A stretch of DNA of 64,000 nucleotides. Source: an uncultured bacterium. GTDB lineage: Bacteria; Muiribacteriota; Ozemobacteria; Ozemobacterales; Ozemobacteraceae. The number at the start of each line of letters is the position of its first letter. Positions within the stretch are counted from its first letter, which is position 1. The stretch covers positions 1 through 64,000 of the forward strand of contig CAZOMG010000017.1 in the NCBI GenBank assembly GCA_964580875.1, written 5' to 3'. Both the position numbers and the translations under genes were made by a program. The notes beneath the pieces were generated by a model. The model was not told the DNA's origin. It saw only the letters and a program-made list of their open reading frames with translations, and ran no database searches. Below, in pieces: positions 52,655 to 62,890 of the stretch.

Positions 52655-53908
52655 ATGTACGACGCAGCCAAATTGAATTTAAGCAAAAGCATGGCCGAAT
52701 TTGAACATGGCAAGACCTGCACCCCGGGCGGTGTTCTTGGTATCAGACGCCCATACAATTTTATCGAAGGCGAATACCCGATCTATTTTGAAAATGGCAA
52801 AGGTGGTCGCATAACTGACATCGACGGCAATGAGTATCTTGATTATCTGTGCGCTTATGGCCCGATTATCATCGGTCATCGCGAAGAAGAAATCGACAAT
52901 GCTGCAATTGAGCAGATTCGCAGCAAGGGCTTTTGTTTTTCTTTGACCCAGTCGATTCAGAACCGGCTGGCCGTTAAGCTGAAAAGCCTTATCAAATGCG
53001 CCGAAATGACGGTTTTTGTTAAAACAGGTTCAGACGCCACCACCCTCGCCACAAGAGTGGCACGTGGTTACACCGGTCGAAACAAGATCATGCGCTGCGG
53101 CTATCATGGCTGGCATGACTGGTGTGTTGAAGTTAAGGGTGGCGTTCCGGCCAAACTCTACGAAGATGTTCATGAATTTCATTACAACCACCTCGAACAG
53201 CTCGAAGACCTGATGAAACAGCATGGTGACCAGACGGCAGCCATCATTGTTACGCCGATCGGTCACCCCCTCGCCGAACAGGTCGAATACCCCAAACCCG
53301 GCTTTCTTGAAGGGGTTCGCGCCCTGGCTGACAAATACGGGGCCGTGTTGATCTTTGATGAAATCCGCTCTGGTTTTCGGGTTCACATTGGCGGCGCCCA
53401 GACCCTGTTCGGCGTTACCCCAGATCTATCGACATTTGGCAAGGCCATGGCCAACGGTTACCCGATCGGTGCCTGCGTCGGTCAAACGAAATTCATGAAA
53501 AAAATCGAAAAGGAAGTTTTCATCTCTTCGACTTTCTTTCCGAACAGTCTTGAATTCGCCGCGGCTCTCAAAACCATCGAAATGCTTGAAAGAGACAAAG
53601 TTCTCGATGTGGTTAAAAAGAAGGGCGAATGGTTCAACGCTGAACTCGGCAAGGTGCTGGCCAGGCACAAAGTTTCGACCGCAGCTTCCCCGGTGCCACA
53701 GATGCCTTTCGTCACATTCAATAAAGACGAAGCCAAGACCTACAAAGCGAAACGCGTCGATTTTTATACTCAGCTGATCAGGCGCAAGGTCTTTTTGCAG
53801 CCCTATCATCACGGCTATATCGCCTACCGCCACACCGACGAAGACCTTAAATACACGATCAAAGCCATTGACGAGTCGTTGTCATTCGTTGATGAAAAGA
53901 AATACTGA
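52655..53908 (+). CDS. class III aminotransferase, a candidate 3-aminobutyryl-CoA aminotransferase (Kat)
   Basis: The ATG at 52655 has RBS GGAGGG. The fold is class-III PLP with 'GKA' as the Schiff-base lysine region, in 'DEIRSGFRVHIGGAQTLFGVTPDLSTFGKAMANGYPIG'. It is the first gene of the kce-atoDA-kdd-kamA-kamDE cluster, and no 3-aminobutyryl-CoA ammonia-lyase gene is present. Confidence 0.65.
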   Translation: MYDAAKLNLSKSMAEFEHGKTCTPGGVLGIRRPYNFIEGEYPIYFENGKGGRITDIDGNEYLDYLCAYGPIIIGHREEEIDNAAIEQIRSKGFCFSLTQSIQNRLAVKLKSLIKCAEMTVFVKTGSDATTLATRVARGYTGRNKIMRCGYHGWHDWCVEVKGGVPAKLYEDVHEFHYNHLEQLEDLMKQHGDQTAAIIVTPIGHPLAEQVEYPKPGFLEGVRALADKYGAVLIFDEIRSGFRVHIGGAQTLFGVTPDLSTFGKAMANGYPIGACVGQTKFMKKIEKEVFISSTFFPNSLEFAAALKTIEMLERDKVLDVVKKKGEWFNAELGKVLARHKVSTAASPVPQMPFVTFNKDEAKTYKAKRVDFYTQLIRRKVFLQPYHHGYIAYRHTDEDLKYTIKAIDESLSFVDEKKY

Positions 53909-53919
53909 GGAAGCAGCCC

Positions 53920-54744
53920 ATGGAAAAACTGATCATCACCGCCGCGATCTGTGGCGCCGAAGTTACCAAGGAAAATAATCCGGCCGTTCCCTACACGATT
54001 GCCGAACTGGTGCGTGAAGCCGAATCAGCCATTAATGCCGGCGCATCGATCATTCATCTGCATGTTCGTGAAGACGATGGCAAGCCAACCCAGAGTCGCG
54101 AGCGCTTTCGCGCGGCCATGGAAGCGATACGCGCCCGCTGCCCGAAGGCGATCATTCAGCCTTCAACCGGTGGTGCTGTGGGCATGTCGAACGAAGAACG
54201 CCTGCAGCCCGTCGATCTGCGCCCGGAAATGGCCACGCTTGATTGCGGCACGGTCAATTTCGGCAATGATGACATTTTTGTCAATTCCGAAAATACCATC
54301 ATCGCCTTTGGCAAAAAGATGCTCGAACTCGGCGTCAAGCCAGAAGTTGAAGTCTTTGACAAGGGCATGATCGATACGGCGATTCGACTGCAGAAAAAGG
54401 GTTTCATCGCTGCGCCGATGCACTTCAACTTTGTTATGGGCGTGCCGGGGGGCATCAGTGCCACGGTTCGAGATGTCGTTTATATGCAGGGCAGTCTGCC
54501 GGCGGGCAGCACCTTCACGGTCTCGGGAGTTGGCAGATCGCAGTTTCAGATGGCCGCTACCGCCATACTGCTAGGCGGGCATGTGCGTGTTGGTTTTGAA
54601 GACAATACTTACCTTGCTAAGGGCGTGCTTGGCGCTTCTAACGGTGAGATGGTCGCCAAAGCTGCCAAAATCGCTAAAGAACTCGGCCGTGAGATCGCGA
54701 ACCCCGAAGAAGCGCGGGCTATACTTGGGCTTGCCCCCCGCTGA
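53920..54744 (+). CDS. kce: 3-keto-5-aminohexanoate cleavage enzyme (BKACE/DUF849 family)
   Basis: 'MEKLIITAAICGAEVTKENNPAVPYT…ASIIHLHVRED' is the typical Kce N-terminus as I recall it. A TIM-barrel BKACE fold follows. Confidence 0.8.
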   Translation: MEKLIITAAICGAEVTKENNPAVPYTIAELVREAESAINAGASIIHLHVREDDGKPTQSRERFRAAMEAIRARCPKAIIQPSTGGAVGMSNEERLQPVDLRPEMATLDCGTVNFGNDDIFVNSENTIIAFGKKMLELGVKPEVEVFDKGMIDTAIRLQKKGFIAAPMHFNFVMGVPGGISATVRDVVYMQGSLPAGSTFTVSGVGRSQFQMAATAILLGGHVRVGFEDNTYLAKGVLGASNGEMVAKAAKIAKELGREIANPEEARAILGLAPR

Positions 54745-54868
54745 CTTTTGTGGCGTGCAATCTGAATGCATGGCATTGTTGCAAAAGTTCAAAACCCATC
54801 TGTTCAGGCCAGTCAGTTGATTTTTGTTCGCATGACCTATTTATTAAAAAACAGGAAAGGTTCATCTG

Positions 54869-55528
54869 ATGTTTGACAAGATTATCACCAGAGATGATTT
54901 TGCCGCCCTGATCAAAGACGATATGGTGATCATGGTTGGCGGTTTTCTTGGCTGCGGAACGCCCGAAACGCTTATTGACATTATTCTTGCCGGTGGTGCA
55001 AAAAATCTGACCCTCATCTGCAACGATACTTCTTTTGTCGATCGTGGGGTGGGTCGCCTGATTGCTGCGCAAAGGGCCGCGAAGGTCATTACTTCGCACA
55101 TTGGCACCAACTCTGAAACTGGCAGGCAGATGGTTGACGGTACGCTCAATGTTGAGCTGGTGCCGCAGGGAACCCTTGCAGAACGGGTCAGATGCGCGGG
55201 GGCTGGTCTGGGAGGGGTGCTTACCCCAACCGGGGTCGGCACAGTCGTTGAAGAAGGCAAAGAAAAAATTTCGATCGATAACCACGAATATCTTCTTGAA
55301 TTGCCGCTCAAGGCAGATCTGGCTATTATCTACGGCAGTGTGGTCGATAAGGCTGGCAACGTGGTTTATAACGCCACTACCCGAAACTTCAACCCGTTGA
55401 TGGCTATGGCTGCACCGGTTGTCGTGGTCGAAGCCATGAAACTTGTGGAAATTGGCGAGATCATGCCTGAGCTGGTTATGACGCCCTCACCTCTGGTAAC
55501 CCACATTTTCAAGACTGAAAAACGCTGA
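54869..55528 (+). CDS. atoD: 3-oxoacid CoA-transferase subunit A
   Basis: '…DMVIMVGGFLGCGTPETLI…' followed by an A-subunit fold. Confidence 0.8.
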   Translation: MFDKIITRDDFAALIKDDMVIMVGGFLGCGTPETLIDIILAGGAKNLTLICNDTSFVDRGVGRLIAAQRAAKVITSHIGTNSETGRQMVDGTLNVELVPQGTLAERVRCAGAGLGGVLTPTGVGTVVEEGKEKISIDNHEYLLELPLKADLAIIYGSVVDKAGNVVYNATTRNFNPLMAMAAPVVVVEAMKLVEIGEIMPELVMTPSPLVTHIFKTEKR

Positions 55529-55546
55529 CGGCAAGGAGCAAAACAG

Positions 55547-56212
55547 ATGATCGAAGATATCGAACTGGCTAAAAACATTATCGCAAAACGTATTGCCAGA
55601 GAATTTAAAAATAATCAGCTGGTGAACCTGGGTATCGGCCTGCCGACCATGGTTGCCAACCATATTCCCGCTGACGTCAATGTCATTCTGCAGTCAGAAA
55701 ATGGCATGATCGGTATGGGCCCTGCCCCTGAGCCAGGCAAAGAAAACCCCGAAGTGACCAACGCCGGGGCTTCTCTTGTTACAATCCTGCCTTATGGCTG
55801 CTATTTCGACAGCGCAACTTCGTTTGCCCTGATTCGTGGCAAACATGTCGAATACACCGTGCTTGGCGCTCTTGAAGTCGATCAGGAAGGCAGTCTGGCC
55901 AGCTGGATCATCCCGGGCAAAAAGGTTCCGGGAATGGGCGGCGCCATGGATCTGGTGGTTGGCGCGAAGAACGTCATTGTTTCAACGCTGCACACCGAAC
56001 GCGGCAAACCAAAGATTCTCAAAAAGTGCCGTTTGCCTCTCACCGCGCGGCATGTCGTTAACATGATTGTAACTGAGCTTGGTGTTTTCAGGGTGACGCA
56101 GGCCGGGCTTTCGTTGGTGGAAATCAATAAAGCCAGCACCGTCGATGAAATACGCGCAAACACTGACGCTGAATTTATTGTTTCTGAACATCTCAAAACC
56201 ATGGAAGTTTAA
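55547..56212 (+). CDS. atoA: 3-oxoacid CoA-transferase subunit B
   Basis: RBS AAGGAG. '…NLGIGLPT…' and the catalytic Glu region 'SENGMIGMG' are typical of B subunits. Confidence 0.8.
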   Translation: MIEDIELAKNIIAKRIAREFKNNQLVNLGIGLPTMVANHIPADVNVILQSENGMIGMGPAPEPGKENPEVTNAGASLVTILPYGCYFDSATSFALIRGKHVEYTVLGALEVDQEGSLASWIIPGKKVPGMGGAMDLVVGAKNVIVSTLHTERGKPKILKKCRLPLTARHVVNMIVTELGVFRVTQAGLSLVEINKASTVDEIRANTDAEFIVSEHLKTMEV

Positions 56213-56340
56213 GGCGCAAAGCCGCTAATTTCGAATTGGTAAGTTGCTAGATTTGTTGATATGATAATCTGCTTTTCTTGAAGATGCCATTTCGCAAGGC
56301 ATAGTCTATACAAATTCAAACCAGGCAAGGAGAAATGACT

Positions 56341-57378
56341 GTGAAAAAAGGATGCCCCTACGGAACCCACCGAGTTATCGAACCAAAAGGCGTATTGCCC
56401 CAGCCGGCGACCCGAATCGACAACAACATGGAAATTTATGATAACGAAGTCCTGATCGATGTTCAGACCTTGAATGTCGACTCAGCCAGTTTCACCCAGA
56501 TCGAAAAACAGGCTAAAGGTAATATTGCCGAAATCAAAAAGATCATGATGGGTCTGGTTGAGAAGCAGGGCAAGCACAAAAACCCGGTAACCGGTTCCGG
56601 CGGCATGCTGATCGGTACTGTTAAACAGATCGGGTCAGCTCTCAAGGGAAAAACCCCTCTCAAGGTCGGCGACAAGATCGCTACCCTGGTATCGCTGTCG
56701 TTGACCCCGCTGGTTATCGAAGAAATCCTCGAAGTCAGACCCGACATCGACCAGGTCGATATCAAGGGCAAGGCGATTCTCTTTGAAAGCGGTATTTACG
56801 CTGTGCTTCCCAAAGATATGCCCGAAACTCTTGCCCTTTCGGTTCTCGATGTGGCCGGCGCTCCCGCTCAGGCTGCCAAACTTGTGCATCCGGGCGATAT
56901 CGTCGTTGTAATCGGCGGCGGCGGCAAATCAGGCCTGCTCTGCCTCTATGAAGCCAAAAAACGCGCCGGCATCAGCGGCAAGGTTATCTGCGTGGGCGGC
57001 AGCGAAAAGAGCACCAAACGCGCCAAAGATCTTGGTCTCGCCGATGAATATTTCGCTTTTGACGCGACTGATGCGGTTGGCATGTATAACAAGATCATGA
57101 AGTTGACCGATGGCAAGCTCGCTGACCTGGTAATCAACTGCGTTAATATTCCAAACACCGAAATGGCCAGCATTCTTGCCTGCCGTGACGGTGGAACCGT
57201 TTATTTCTTCAGCATGGCCACCAGCTTCACCCAGGCTGCCCTCGGCGCCGAAGGCGTTGGCAAAGACGTGAACATGATCATCGGCAATGGCTACACCAAA
57301 GACCATGCCGCCATTTCTCTCCAGGTTCTGCGTGAATGTCCGCCGCTCCGCAAACTCTTCGAAGAAATGTACTGCTGA
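56341..57378 (+). CDS. kdd: L-erythro-3,5-diaminohexanoate dehydrogenase
   Basis: 'KKGCPYGTHRVIEPKGVLPQPA…' matches the Kdd N-terminus as I recall it. A Rossmann 'VVVIGGGGKSGL' motif is present. I preferred the GTG at 56341, which is 8 nt after AAGGAG. The ATG at 56335 is only 2 nt from the RBS. Confidence 0.7.
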   Translation: MKKGCPYGTHRVIEPKGVLPQPATRIDNNMEIYDNEVLIDVQTLNVDSASFTQIEKQAKGNIAEIKKIMMGLVEKQGKHKNPVTGSGGMLIGTVKQIGSALKGKTPLKVGDKIATLVSLSLTPLVIEEILEVRPDIDQVDIKGKAILFESGIYAVLPKDMPETLALSVLDVAGAPAQAAKLVHPGDIVVVIGGGGKSGLLCLYEAKKRAGISGKVICVGGSEKSTKRAKDLGLADEYFAFDATDAVGMYNKIMKLTDGKLADLVINCVNIPNTEMASILACRDGGTVYFFSMATSFTQAALGAEGVGKDVNMIIGNGYTKDHAAISLQVLRECPPLRKLFEEMYC

Positions 57379-57398
57379 TAGCGAAAGGAACTGAGTAA

Positions 57399-58670
57399 TT
57401 GAACAGCGCATACACTCGTGACGAGCATATCCAGAGACGTGCAAAACTTTTTCCCAACGTCAGTGATACCGACTGGAACGACTGGAAATGGCATGTCAAA
57501 AACCGGATTGAAACCGTCGAAGATCTGAAAAAATTCGTCAAGCTTACTCTCACCGAAATCGACGGTATCAAAGATTGTCTGACCACCTTGCGCATGGCAA
57601 TTACGCCATATTACCTGACGCTGATCGACCCCGATAATCCGAACGACCCGGTGCGCAAGCAGGCGATTCCGACTGATCTTGAGCTGTATCGCTCGCCGGC
57701 AGATCTTGAAGACCCGCTGCACGAAGACGGGGACTCCCCGGTGAGCGGTCTTACACACCGATACCCCGACCGGGCATTGCTGCTGGTTACTGACCAGTGC
57801 TCGATGTATTGCCGACACTGCACGCGCCGCCGCTTCGCCGGCCATAAAGACTCGGCCATGCCTGGTACCCAGATCGACAAGGCTATCGAGTATATCTCTG
57901 CCAACCCGCAGATTCGTGATATCGTCGTGTCGGGCGGCGACCCGCTACTTCTGGCAGATGGCAAGCTCGAAGGCATTCTTCAGAAACTCCGCGCTATTCC
58001 GCATGTCGAAATCATCCGCATCGGCACCCGTACGCCGGTGGTGCTGCCACAGCGCATTACTCCCGAACTCTGCGATATGCTCAAAAAGTATCACCCGGTG
58101 TGGGTGAATACTCACTTCAATCACCCCCGCGAAATCACCACCGATGCCGCCCGGGCCTGCGAGCTTCTGAGTTTCGCCGGTATTCCGCTCGGTAATCAGT
58201 CGGTGCTGCTCGCTGGCGTCAACGACTGCGTTCACGTCATGCGCAAGCTGGTGCATGAACTGGTGAAGATCAGGGTCAGACCCTACTACATCTACCAGTG
58301 CGACCTGTCTTACGGGTTATCGCATTTCCGAACCCCGGTAGCGAAGGGAATCGAGATTATCGAGGCCTTGCGCGGTCATACCAGCGGCTTTTGCGTGCCG
58401 ACTTACGTTGTTGATGCGCCCGGCGGCGGCGGCAAGATCCCGGTCATGCCGAATTATCTGATCTCGAGCGGTTACGAAAAGACCATTCTGCGCAATTATG
58501 AAGGGGTAATTACCTGCTATAACGAACCCGAGGGCTACCGGCCGACCTGCAAATGTGAAGCCTGCCAGAAGGGCAACGTCGAGATCGAAGGCGTTGCTGG
58601 TCTGCATCAGGGCAAAATTTCGCTTGAACCCGAAGGTTTGAAGCGGAAAAAACGCAAAAAAAGATCATGA
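57399..58670 (+). CDS. kamA: L-lysine 2,3-aminomutase (radical SAM, PLP)
   Basis: The protein is collinear over its whole length with clostridial KamA as I recall it. Shared segments include '…DWNDWKWHVKNRIETVEDLKK…LRMAITPYYL…LLLVTDQCSMYCRHCTRRRFAG…'. The C-x3-C-x2-C cluster and the zinc-site cysteines near the C-terminus are both present. TTG start with AAGGAA RBS. Confidence 0.9.
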   Translation: MNSAYTRDEHIQRRAKLFPNVSDTDWNDWKWHVKNRIETVEDLKKFVKLTLTEIDGIKDCLTTLRMAITPYYLTLIDPDNPNDPVRKQAIPTDLELYRSPADLEDPLHEDGDSPVSGLTHRYPDRALLLVTDQCSMYCRHCTRRRFAGHKDSAMPGTQIDKAIEYISANPQIRDIVVSGGDPLLLADGKLEGILQKLRAIPHVEIIRIGTRTPVVLPQRITPELCDMLKKYHPVWVNTHFNHPREITTDAARACELLSFAGIPLGNQSVLLAGVNDCVHVMRKLVHELVKIRVRPYYIYQCDLSYGLSHFRTPVAKGIEIIEALRGHTSGFCVPTYVVDAPGGGGKIPVMPNYLISSGYEKTILRNYEGVITCYNEPEGYRPTCKCEACQKGNVEIEGVAGLHQGKISLEPEGLKRKKRKKRS

Positions 58671-58674
58671 CCCT

Positions 58675-59703
58675 ATGGGCAGGTCGCTTGCTGAATGTGT
58701 AGATAACTGTCGCTGCGTTGCCATTATCGGCATGGAAAAAAATGCCGGCAAGACGACGGTTCTGAATTATCTGCTCGGCCGGCGATTGCCCCTGATTCAT
58801 GCCATTACCTCGATCGGCTACGATGGTGAAGACACCGATCAGGTCACCGGCACTGATAAACCCGCGATTTACGTTGGCTGTGGCACCTTGGTGGCCACAG
58901 CCAGCGGTCTTCTCGGGGCATGTGATTTTACCCGGGAACTGCTGAGATTCACGGATTTTCACACGCCGATGGGCGAAGTCGTCATTCTCAGGGCGCTCAG
59001 CGATGGCTATGCCCAGATTGCCGGGCCATCGACAACTGTGCAGATGTCGGCACTCGTCGAAATGCTCCACAGAGCCGGCGCTGAACGGGTCTACATTGAC
59101 GGAGCCGCCGCCCGCAAGTCTACGGCGGCGCTCTCTACTTCCGATGCCTGCATTCTGGCTACCGGTGCATCTTTTTCGCATAATATTGAAGAAACGGTCG
59201 AACAGACGCGGCATTATGTCGAACTGCTGACCTTGCCACGCTTTGAGCCTGGCCTGCCCGCCGGTGTGCCCACAGATAATATCAATGATTGCCTGATCTT
59301 CTCGGGCGATGGCACGCTGGTCAACAGCTGCAGCGCCCTTGATGATCAGTGTGCCGAACTGATTGCCGCGCGAAACGGAGAGTCAACGTGCGTTATGGTG
59401 CGCGGCGCGTTTACTCAGCGGCTGGCGCAGCGGCTTCTTGATAAATGCCGGCAGCTGGGCTGGTTGCGATTGGTTGGCGAAGATGGCACCCGCCTGTTGA
59501 TAAGCGCTTCCCAGAAAAGTGAAATGATGCGCCGGGGCTGCAATTTGCAGGTTCTGAACCGGGTAAACCTCTGTGCCGTCACCGTTAACCCTGTTTCACC
59601 GGCCGGGTTGGTTTTTGATAGCGGCGATTTGTGCCGCCGGCTCGCCAGAACCATTTCTCTGCCTGTTTTTGACGTGCTGGCCGGTCAGCAGATGTTCGTT
59701 TAA
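58675..59703 (+). CDS. P-loop-containing protein of unknown function
   Basis: The N-terminal run 'VAIIGMEKNAGKTTVLNYLLG' is Walker-A-like, and an 'YIDGAAARKS' segment follows. The gene starts 4 nt after kamA. No other family motif was recognised. Confidence 0.45.
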   Translation: MGRSLAECVDNCRCVAIIGMEKNAGKTTVLNYLLGRRLPLIHAITSIGYDGEDTDQVTGTDKPAIYVGCGTLVATASGLLGACDFTRELLRFTDFHTPMGEVVILRALSDGYAQIAGPSTTVQMSALVEMLHRAGAERVYIDGAAARKSTAALSTSDACILATGASFSHNIEETVEQTRHYVELLTLPRFEPGLPAGVPTDNINDCLIFSGDGTLVNSCSALDDQCAELIAARNGESTCVMVRGAFTQRLAQRLLDKCRQLGWLRLVGEDGTRLLISASQKSEMMRRGCNLQVLNRVNLCAVTVNPVSPAGLVFDSGDLCRRLARTISLPVFDVLAGQQMFV

Positions 59704-59786
59704 TGATCAGCGCCAGGCGGGCCGGGCTGATCAATCGATTTAATTATTTTTTTTGCAGAATTCAAGACTGGCAAGGATAAAAACTT

Positions 59787-61256
59787 ATGCATCGACAGAA
59801 GAAATATCGGGCGGTAACTCCCGGCGTTGCCTGGGTTCTTGCGGGCCTGCAGATCGACTCGCCCTATGGCCTGGCCGCGCTGAAAGCGCTCAGGCCTGCC
59901 AGGGCAAAAGACCTTGCCAGTCTTGAGCAAAATTTCGTTGAACTTGCCAGGGTTGTCGGGTTTGCTGAACAGGATTGCGAGTTCTTTGCCCGGCCCGGCA
60001 GTATTTTTAAGCACCTGCGCTATATTGGCGGCTCTCTCGATAACCTTGAGGCCGGGCTGGTTATTGATGAGACCGAGTTGCTCGAAATAAAAGGCTTCTC
60101 GTTGCTCCTCACCGATCTGAAGCATTGGTATGACGCTTCGGGGCTGAGCCTTTCTTCAATCGACTTCGCTGAAATCGACGCGGTGGTTAAAATTCTGAAT
60201 CCCGATAAGACGCTTGTCGCGTCATTTCATCTTCATGATGCCTATTCTGAGCGCCTCAAAGAAATCAGAGCCGCCAGGAAACTTCTTGAAAGCGCCATTC
60301 TTCAATGCCAGGATTCGCACAGGCGCGAAGAACTCAGGCGAGAACGCCTTGAAATTGTTCATCAGGAAAGAGACGAAGAAAGCTCGGTTCGGGCTGAACT
60401 GGGGCATCGCCTGCGCCCCTGGGTGGCCAAACTACGCCTGAATGGCGAACTTGCCGGTCAGCTCGAATTGCTGCTGGCTCGCGCCCGAATTGCCGTCGAG
60501 CATTCCTGTTGTCGGCCCGAGCTTCTGCCCGCAGATTGCCGGGTGTCGCTGCTGGCTGAGAATATGATAAACCCCGAAGTTGCTGAGGCATTACTGAGCA
60601 AAGGGCATGGTTTTACCCCGGTTACAATTGAACTTATCAACGGCACCACCTTGCTGACCGGAGCGAATATGGGTGGAAAGACAGTTGCATTGCTTACTCT
60701 CGCCATGAATGCGGAACTGGCTTCTCTCGGTTTTTTTGTTTTTGCCAGTCGTTTTCGCATGCCGTTGTTTGATTTTATCTGCCTGATGGCGGGTGACGCG
60801 CAGAATCAGGCCTCGGGCCTGAGCAGTTTTGGTGCCGAAATCATCAGGTTGACCGAGTTGACAGCTCTGGTTCGCTCGGGGGTTGGGTTGGCGGTCTGCG
60901 ATGAATTTGCCAGATCGACGAACCCTTCTGAGGGTCGCCGTTTCGTGCAGGCTCTCGGTGAGTTTCTGCAGCGCAGCGGTTCTTATGGCATAATTGCAAC
61001 TCACTATGATGGTATAAAAATTGCCGGGGCTGCCTGCTGGCAGGTAGTCGGGCTGAAAAACCGTTCGCAGCATTACGGCGGCGGCGATCAGAACGAGGTG
61101 CTCGGTAGATTGTGTGCCAACATGGACTATCGGCTGAAAAAACTTGCGGGTGATTATGAAGTGCCGAAGGAAGCGCTGCATATTGCGACGATACTCGAGG
61201 TAGACCCTGAGTTCATGGCAATTTTGCGGGGCTATTACCCACCTGAGGATAAATAA
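59787..61256 (+). CDS. MutS-domain-V-like ATPase (short MutS-related protein without mismatch-binding domains)
   Basis: Walker A 'GANMGGKTVALLT' and the MutS-type Walker B/signature 'LAVCDEFARSTNPSEG'. An N-terminal helical clamp/lever-like region is present. No endonuclease or Smr domain is present. Confidence 0.6.
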   Translation: MHRQKKYRAVTPGVAWVLAGLQIDSPYGLAALKALRPARAKDLASLEQNFVELARVVGFAEQDCEFFARPGSIFKHLRYIGGSLDNLEAGLVIDETELLEIKGFSLLLTDLKHWYDASGLSLSSIDFAEIDAVVKILNPDKTLVASFHLHDAYSERLKEIRAARKLLESAILQCQDSHRREELRRERLEIVHQERDEESSVRAELGHRLRPWVAKLRLNGELAGQLELLLARARIAVEHSCCRPELLPADCRVSLLAENMINPEVAEALLSKGHGFTPVTIELINGTTLLTGANMGGKTVALLTLAMNAELASLGFFVFASRFRMPLFDFICLMAGDAQNQASGLSSFGAEIIRLTELTALVRSGVGLAVCDEFARSTNPSEGRRFVQALGEFLQRSGSYGIIATHYDGIKIAGAACWQVVGLKNRSQHYGGGDQNEVLGRLCANMDYRLKKLAGDYEVPKEALHIATILEVDPEFMAILRGYYPPEDK

Positions 61257-61330
61257 AGGCATAAAAAATACTGCGGAATGTACCGTTCAGCTGTATAATT
61301 GAGCAAATATTTCAAGGTTAAGGGAAGACG

Positions 61331-62890
61331 ATGAAAAGCAAACTCAATCTTAATTTTGCCGTAGTCGATAAAGCTAGACAATTTGCCCGCGACATCGCAG
61401 CAGACACCCAGAAGTTCATCATCAGACATACCAGCGTCACCATTGAGCGCACCTGCGCCCGCCTGCTCGGTATCGACGGAGTCGATGCCCAGGGCGTGCC
61501 GTTGCCGAACATTCTTGTTGATAATATTCGCAGCAACAACGGCCTGGCGCTTGGTCTGGCTGTTTATCTTGGCAATGCCATGCTGCAGACCGGCAAAGCG
61601 CCGCAGCAGATTGCCGAAGCGGTTGCAGCCGGCGAGCTTGATATTACCAGGCTTAAAATGGCCGACCTGTTCGAAATTCGCGCGAAAATCGAAGAGATCG
61701 CGACGCAGACTGTCGAACGCATCAAAAAGAACCGGCAGCAACGCGAAGCTTACCTGGACCGCTTCGGCGATAAAAAAGGCCCTTACCTTTATGTGATCGT
61801 AGCCACGGGCAATATTTATGAAGATATTATTCAGGCGCGGGCCGCTGCCAATCAGGGCGCAGATATTATCGCCGTCATCAGAACCACCGGGCAGAGTCTG
61901 CTTGATTTTGTGCCCTTCGGCGCCACCACTGAGGGTTTCGGCGGCACCTTCGCCACCCAGGAAAACTTCAGACTGATGCGTGCCGCTCTCGACGAGGTCT
62001 CTGAAAAACAAGGTCGCTATATCAGGCTGTGTAACTATTGCTCAGGCCTATGCATGCCTGAAATCGCGGCCATGGGTGCGCTTGAACGCCTCGATGTCAT
62101 GCTAAACGATGCTTTGTATGGTATTCTTTTTCGCGATATCAACATGCAGCGCACTCTGGTTGACCAGTATTTTTCGCGCATCATCAACGGTTTTGCCGGG
62201 GTAATTATCAATACCGGCGAAGACAATTATCTCACCACCGCCGATGCCGTTGAAGAAGCCCATACAGTGCTGGCTTCACAGCTGATCAACGAGCAATTCG
62301 CCCTGATCAGCGGCATTCCAGAAGAACAGATGGGTCTGGGGCATGCTTTTGAAATTAACCCTGATCTGAAGAACGGCTTTTTGTTTGAACTGGCGCAGGC
62401 ACAGATGGCACGCGAAATTTTCCCGCGTGCGCCGCTTAAATACATGCCGCCGACCAAGTTCAAGACTGGTAATATTTTCAGGGGTCACGTTCAGGATGCC
62501 CTTTTTAATATGGTCACCATCATGACGAACCAGAAACTGCATCTGCTGGGCATGCTCACTGAGGCCATTCACACGCCGCTGATGTCAGACCGCGCCCTGT
62601 CAATAGAGAACGCCCGTTATATTTTCAATACCATGGCCGATCTCGGCGATGAAATTGAATTTAAACAAAACGGCACCATCGCCGGTCGTGCCAATCAGGT
62701 GCTCAACGAGGCCTGTAATATGCTCGAAACCATCAAGCGCGACGGCCTGTTCAAAACTCTCGAGATGGGCCGGTTTGCCAATGTTAAGAGGCCATTCACC
62801 GGGGGCAAAGGCCTTGACGGCGTCGTCGAAAAACACAAAGACTATTTTAACCCGTTTGTCGAAATGATGCTGAAAGGGGGCCTCAAATGA
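61331..62890 (+). CDS. kamD: lysine 5,6-aminomutase alpha subunit
   Basis: 'MKSKLNLNFAVVDKARQFARDIAADTQKFI…RLLGIDGVD…' is the KamD-type N-terminus. It is a 519-aa TIM-barrel PLP subunit. The ATGA overlap with kamE is the typical arrangement. Confidence 0.85.
   Translation: MKSKLNLNFAVVDKARQFARDIAADTQKFIIRHTSVTIERTCARLLGIDGVDAQGVPLPNILVDNIRSNNGLALGLAVYLGNAMLQTGKAPQQIAEAVAAGELDITRLKMADLFEIRAKIEEIATQTVERIKKNRQQREAYLDRFGDKKGPYLYVIVATGNIYEDIIQARAAANQGADIIAVIRTTGQSLLDFVPFGATTEGFGGTFATQENFRLMRAALDEVSEKQGRYIRLCNYCSGLCMPEIAAMGALERLDVMLNDALYGILFRDINMQRTLVDQYFSRIINGFAGVIINTGEDNYLTTADAVEEAHTVLASQLINEQFALISGIPEEQMGLGHAFEINPDLKNGFLFELAQAQMAREIFPRAPLKYMPPTKFKTGNIFRGHVQDALFNMVTIMTNQKLHLLGMLTEAIHTPLMSDRALSIENARYIFNTMADLGDEIEFKQNGTIAGRANQVLNEACNMLETIKRDGLFKTLEMGRFANVKRPFTGGKGLDGVVEKHKDYFNPFVEMMLKGGLK

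Noticed and set aside
61235-62011. 258-aa minus-strand ORF antisense to kamD, and the 261-aa ORF at 62842-63627 antisense to kamE
   Set aside because: kamD and kamE are recognisable along their whole length, so the antisense frames are spurious.
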